In this document: one piece after another, positions 58,686 through 64,000 of the stretch
Layout: every line of letters begins with the position of its first letter
Position numbering within the stretch: the stretch's first letter is position 1
DNA from: Octopus sinensis
Taxonomy: Eukaryota
NCBI RefSeq assembly: GCF_006345805.1
Contig: NC_043025.1
Location: 3,100,001 to 3,164,000 of the forward strand
Direction: 5' to 3'
DNA: 64,000 bases
Notes under the pieces: model-generated
What the model was told of the DNA's origin: nothing
Database searches by the model: none
The model's input: the letters and a program-made list of their open reading frames with translations, nothing else
Made by a program: the position numbers and the translations under genes

Positions 58686-59542
58686 TCATATATATATTTT
58701 ATTTTCTACTTTAGATACAGGTTTTCACTGTATATAGAAACACTTCGAAGTGCTGAAAAGATTAGAACTTGAGACGTTAGATATGTAAAGCCACGACAAG
58801 CAAGCTAGATATTTATTTACATTTACATATGAAGATACATTGAATCGAAATCATAAAGGTAAATGTCTGTGGTTATTAAGAATACATAGTCCAATTTTCA
58901 GAAAAAACAGTATCACGAATAGAATAGGTAGAGTTTTAAATGTTCTACGGCCGTTTCATGGATCTTTGTGGTCCTGATATATGACAGATATCAGGGTCCA
59001 TTGTTGGATAACATTACCTCTCCGGGGGAAGAATTTTATATTAAAGATTTTGTATTTAAAATGTTGACATGATAGAGGTTAAGGACTGGTTGATTTTATA
59101 GAGAGCTACATCTATTAGGAAGGGAAGTTAGGGATATTTAGACAGAGAATAGTTGCAGGATGGAGAAAATAGATTTCAAGATCATAAGGCGAATGATAGT
59201 ATTAAAGGTGGTGAGTGGTAGAAAGTGGTTTAGTTTGTGTCCAAGTTAATTTAGTGAAAAAAGGATGGACTTATCCGGTTCGATATCAGATAAGGGTATG
59301 GGAGGGAGGCTATAACTTCTATTCTAGGCTTTCCATCCGACTCATTTGTCCCAGAAAATCCGACTTAGGTTGAATTAGCTAATGCATTATTGACCGTATT
59401 ATACGCCGTGTCAGGAATAACGTTGATCTCCCGCTATGGAATTGCACATGAGACGTTATTTTTGGCTTCCCGCTCTCCACCATAAACGCACTAATTTACT
59501 TCAGTTTGACATATCAAATTATTGCAATATTTACAATGGACA

Positions 59543-59750
59543 AGGCGCCGAGTGGGCAGAAACGTTAGCACGCAGGGCAAAATGCTTAGCGTTCTGTCTT
59601 TAAGTTCTGAGTTCAAAATTCCGCCGATTTCGACTTTACCTTTCATCCTTTCGGGTTTGAAACATTAAGAACCCGTTGCGTAGTGGGGTCGATCTAATCA
59701 ACTGGGCCCTACCCCCAAATTTCGGACTTTGAAACTAGAGTAGAAAAGAA
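59543..59750 (+). mobile_element. tRNA-derived SINE, same family
   Basis: GGCGCCGAGTGGGCAGAAACGTTAGCAC...GAGTTCAAAATTCCGCCG. Confidence 0.75.
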
Positions 59751-59794
59751 TATTTACAATCGACGGACAGGTGTCCTCATCTTGTTAGTTGTTA

Positions 59795-59838
59795 CAACAA
59801 CGTTTCGGCTGAGGTATTCTCCAGCCTTCTTCAGGTGT
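59795..59838 (-). ncRNA. Minimal (PLE-type) hammerhead ribozyme, stem I damaged
   Basis: ACAC CTGAAGA A GGCTG GAGAATACCT CAGCC GAAA CG TT^ GTTG; loopless ACGT stem III. Confidence 0.6.
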
Positions 59839-59899
59839 CCTGTTAACAATAAAGTGTAGACATCTACCCGTCCAATTCAAATATCATACATAATTCCTC

Positions 59900-60890
59900 A
59901 ACTCTAAATTATAAAACAATATCAAATGATTACCCGTCAATATCACAAATACTTTTGGATAAAACCTTAATATTTGCCCGAAAGTATGCTACCATCCGCA
60001 GATCGGATATGAATATCACTCTGGCAATGAAGAAAACTCTAATTCAATTTAAGTGTAATTATTGAACACCCAACGAATCTATGGATTACTTCGATATAAT
60101 AATGGACTCATCGGACTCAGCCCACGCACAGGCCTTGTGGGCTTGTTCCTCATCCCCCAGATTAAACAATGCCTCCCTAACATAACCGGCGGACAATAGA
60201 GGGATGATGCAAATTCTTGCAGTAACTGGATTAACTGAACCTTCATATGGCACAAGGACAGCCCTACGCAAACTCTTCAAAATCTTCATCCTAAGTATTT
60301 CATTCGAAATTGATACCAATTTTTTGGACGTTACTCTTTATTTAAACACTAACTTATACCGTCCTTTCTATAAACCCAACCAATCTTTACAATACTTAAA
60401 TGTCCACTGTAATCATCCAAAATGTATCCCCTTATAGCGTAGTCACATGTATATCATTATAATCAGGCCCTCAAAATGAATAGAATTTTTCGAAATACCT
60501 ATTATATCAATAACACGAAGCTTAAAACTGAAATAGCAAATCTCTTCCACTGATTCAAAGGTCATTACTTCAACTCGACACCAATCCAGCAAGTCCACAA
60601 AAAACTCACATTAACTCCTTCGCATCATTGGCCACCTCGAGCCTATAACAACTACAAACCTCCATTTTCGAATCAGCGGACTTCATTCACACATTGTAAA
60701 CAATCAAAGGCTAGGAAACGCGAACTCCTATGGTTTTTATCACCGTTCTCGCTCCAAGTTAAATCTCTAGCAAAATTATTTTTCAAATTATAAAATCTAA
60801 TTTTTGTCCACAATTTAAAATCTTATTCGTTCTTTAATAAATCATCAGTGAAGATCTCCTATTCTACTGCACCTCACTATAGTTATATAT

Positions 60891-60934
<44 letters not shown>

Positions 60935-61700
60935 ATATATATTATAATATATTATATAGTTATATATATAACTATATAATAGCCTCCTCGAAAGAACATA
61001 AACTCCAACACCAGTCTAAGTATCACCAACTCTAAGTATCTAAACTCTTGCATTGCATCCCAAGCTAGCTTTGACAATACAATAATACAAACCTTAATAA
61101 GCCACCTCAATTGTATAATACTAAACTTAAGCCAACATTCTACAACCCTATCTACGAGACAACAAATATTAGTTCCATTACAACCTCCCAATCCGATACT
61201 AATATAAATCCTAATTTAGATTCTCCCCACTAACAACAAACCAACCAACATCAACATTACTAATGGTAAACGCCAACCACTTGCAACTGTCGCGCTTCTG
61301 AAATATACGGTATGCAGGCTCCTGTCTCCTCAAAAGCGTAACCTATAAATGCCACGTGATGACACCATGCACCCACCAGGCAAGGGTGTATATTTGTGGC
61401 ACTGATGATTTTGAATGCCATCGTCGTGCTCATATGTATTCTTTCACTTATCCCAAATCTAAACTATTTCAATCTTTAGCAAAACATATACAACCTCAAT
61501 TCAAAAGAATGTCCAATACGCTCTATCATGCTCCATAGCATGTGAAGCTCCCCTCCACAACACAAATATAGGTAAATGTATATTATGTATAAAAGGGTCA
61601 TTAACAATTCTTCACTTCCACAACTCCTCGCTGTTAAATTCTCTGACGTTATTTATTCATGGAAGCATAAATACTGACCGACATTCATGCACTTCAGTAA
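59900..61700 (+). mobile_element. Decayed Penelope-like element (Naiad-like) RT + GIY-YIG
   Basis: NFLDVTLYLNTNLYRPFYKPNQSLQYLNVHCNHP; CNC motif near 61282; HMYSF...LAKHI. Confidence 0.7.
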
Positions 61701-61833
61701 TTCTAAATAATCCTATAGCAAGACCGAGCCCATCAAAGCTGTAATGTAAAACAAGAGTCAACCTGACAATCGACAAGTCAACACTTTCCAAATAGCTTAT
61801 ATTTGTGTTGTGTGTGTTTGTTTCTATGTAGGC

Positions 61834-61900
<67 letters not shown>

Positions 61901-62885
61901 ATAAATCTGAAATATCCAAACTTGCATTTACAAATACATAATATATACATCACATTTACAAATACATAATATATACATAATATATACATACAAGCGCTTA
62001 CATACATACGTGGAAACACGCACACATATACGCTCATATATAAACATATAAACTCCTACATTAATACACAGTATTAAAAACATAAAGTAGTCAACATATA
62101 TATAGATATCCACAGAAATATAAATATATATAACACGCATCCCAATTTTATTCCAAGTATTATGATCAATCGCTTTTTCATCCTCCTCTTAGCGTCCTAA
62201 ATCTCACCAACACACATCACAAATTTCTTCAAATTTTTGCAATTCAACCGCCTCTACTGTCATTTGACCCTTCTCGGCTCCAAGCAATACTTAACAAAAC
62301 TCAACTACAAGAAAAATACCGACCCGATTCTTTGTACTGCTAACATTCTTAACCACTCCCTCGTACCTGAAATGTGTCCTGAAAAAAGACCACACTTGTT
62401 ATAATTTGAGATGGAATTGCTGTTTCATAAGTGTACCAGCTATAATGGGATACTCCTTCAACATTCAGATGAATTACTTATTTATTTACATCGTTTACAA
62501 TTAATCATACGTTATCTTCTAACTTTGAGATTTTGATTATGTGATTGTTTACTTTTAGAATAACTTTGCATGGTGGTTATGAAAGGGCTGATCTGTTCAG
62601 TTTCAACAGAAAACAGGAAGAATATTTGGGCCCGACGTGGCCAGTGCCAATGCTAATGGGTTAACTGAAAATTACTGAAGTAAAATTAAAAGCATAAAAA
62701 AACATTTTCGGTAATTTGGGAACAGAAAGTTATGAGGTCTTAACGGTGGAGACCCTTTTTATCCCATCCTAAATGCAGCTGAGGAGGCTGGACGATGGCC
62801 AATAGATGGGTGATATAATATAATTAAAACCGTAACTTACCAATAAAATGGTTTTAGCCTCTGTTTGTAAGAGTTAGTGAATGTT

Positions 62886-62940
<55 letters not shown>

Positions 62941-63108
62941 CGTCATTTGTTTATTTACCATACATTTTTTCATTGAAGTAGCGGAACACAACGCACACAA
63001 TTATGCATATATATATATACGACGTTATTCTCAACTAAGAGCTAATACGGCCTTTTGGGATTATCGCCTAACATCGGTTGAGGACTCTCACATACAGAAG
63101 AATTTAAT

Positions 63109-64000
63109 ATGGATGCATATCACATAGATTATTCTATGAAAAATATACCGATCCCATCAAAGGAATTTTACTCTAAAACACTTCTACAGAAAATTACTGA
63201 TGTAATTAAGCGTATGAGATGGAAGGCTTTTTTTTATGATACAGCAGCGGACACCAAGGAAAACATTTTCTATCGAATAAAATCCAAAAAATTCCCTCCC
63301 AGGATAAAAGGCTTGGAAGATTTCGAAGCGGACCTGCTGAAAATTATGAGCAAAATAAAATTTCGTAAGTCTTTTAACGATTTCCAACATAAATTGAAAA
63401 AAGATATTAATCATATAAAGAGCTCCAAGAAAAAAGCACTTTTTTCGGATAAAACCAAGAACTTATACCTGGTAGATAACAGCAAATACACACAACTCTT
63501 ACACAACAGCATCATTAATAATTATACTAAGGCTAGGGCACAGACATATAACGAAATCAATAAAGAAGCTAGCGTCATCGCCGCTAAACTTAAATTAGAT
63601 AAAAAAATAGAAGCCCTTCCCCAAAAAGAGGCCTTTATTACTATTAAAGATCATAAAGAAAACTTCCTTTCCAACCCTAAATGTAGGCTTATCAACCCAG
63701 CCAAGTCAGAAATTGGGATTATTAGCAAAGAAATTTTAGATAAAATAAATACGAAAATTAAGACCGATACTAGGCTAGTACAATGGTCCAATAGTATAGA
63801 AGTCGTAGACTGGTTAAAGCTATTAAGAATAAGAAAAAAGCGAGGTTTACACAATTCGATATTGTTGATTTTTATGCCTCTATCTCTAAAGAATTGCTAG
63901 ATAAAGCCCTCATCTTCGCTAGTGACTTCATAGAAATTAGTACCAATGATAAGGAAATAATCTTCCATGCTAGAAAGACCTTACTTTTCAGTGAGGACGC
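63109..64000 (+). mobile_element. Young Penelope-like element ORF (Naiad-like RT N-terminus), runs off the window
   Basis: YSMKNIPIPS, RMRWKAFF, SDKTKNLY (DKG-like), FITIKDHKENF..CRLINPAKSEIG; after a 1-nt frameshift at ~63815 it continues FTQFDIVDFYASIS (RT motif A). Confidence 0.85.

Noticed and set aside
58941-59032. HHR-like GAAACGGCCGTA with long hairpin on the minus strand
   Set aside because: The CUGANGA half is degenerate (CCGGAGA); at most a dead remnant
62775-62862. CTGAGGAGGCT...AGCC upstream of the PLE ORF
   Set aside because: No GAAA or stem III follows, so it cannot be called an HHR

Overview
AT-rich, microsatellite- and SINE-dense animal genomic DNA; the repeat families look like octopus/coleoid cephalopod (inference). 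(1) One spliced gene on the minus strand: 14 coding exons, ATG at 48832 down to 3478, about 632 codons, continuing past position 1. It encodes the ectodomain of an adhesion GPCR: signal peptide, LRRNT, LRRs, LRRCT, 12-Cys Ly6/uPAR three-finger domain, SEA-like, HRM and part of GAIN. There is a 1-nt frameshift in the 8861-9082 exon. (2) Introns and flanks hold decayed TEs: CR1-like, Hero, R4/Dong and L1/Tx1 LINEs, Gypsy, mariner, Chapaev3-like, tRNA-SINEs and several Penelope-like elements (PLEs). (3) Main result: the window is unusually rich in type I hammerhead ribozymes (HHRs). A near-identical 5.7-copy tandem array of 483-bp units (18313-21070) carries six complete HHR motifs, sense to the host gene. 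This is the layout of a non-LTR retrozyme predicted to release ~483-nt (circular) RNAs. Five further complete HHR motifs and several decayed or half copies sit mostly in fold-back elements inserted in (TA)n tracts, and many share a non-canonical U.U or A.A at the base of stem II. All ribozyme calls come from manual motif and pairing analysis; activity is untested.
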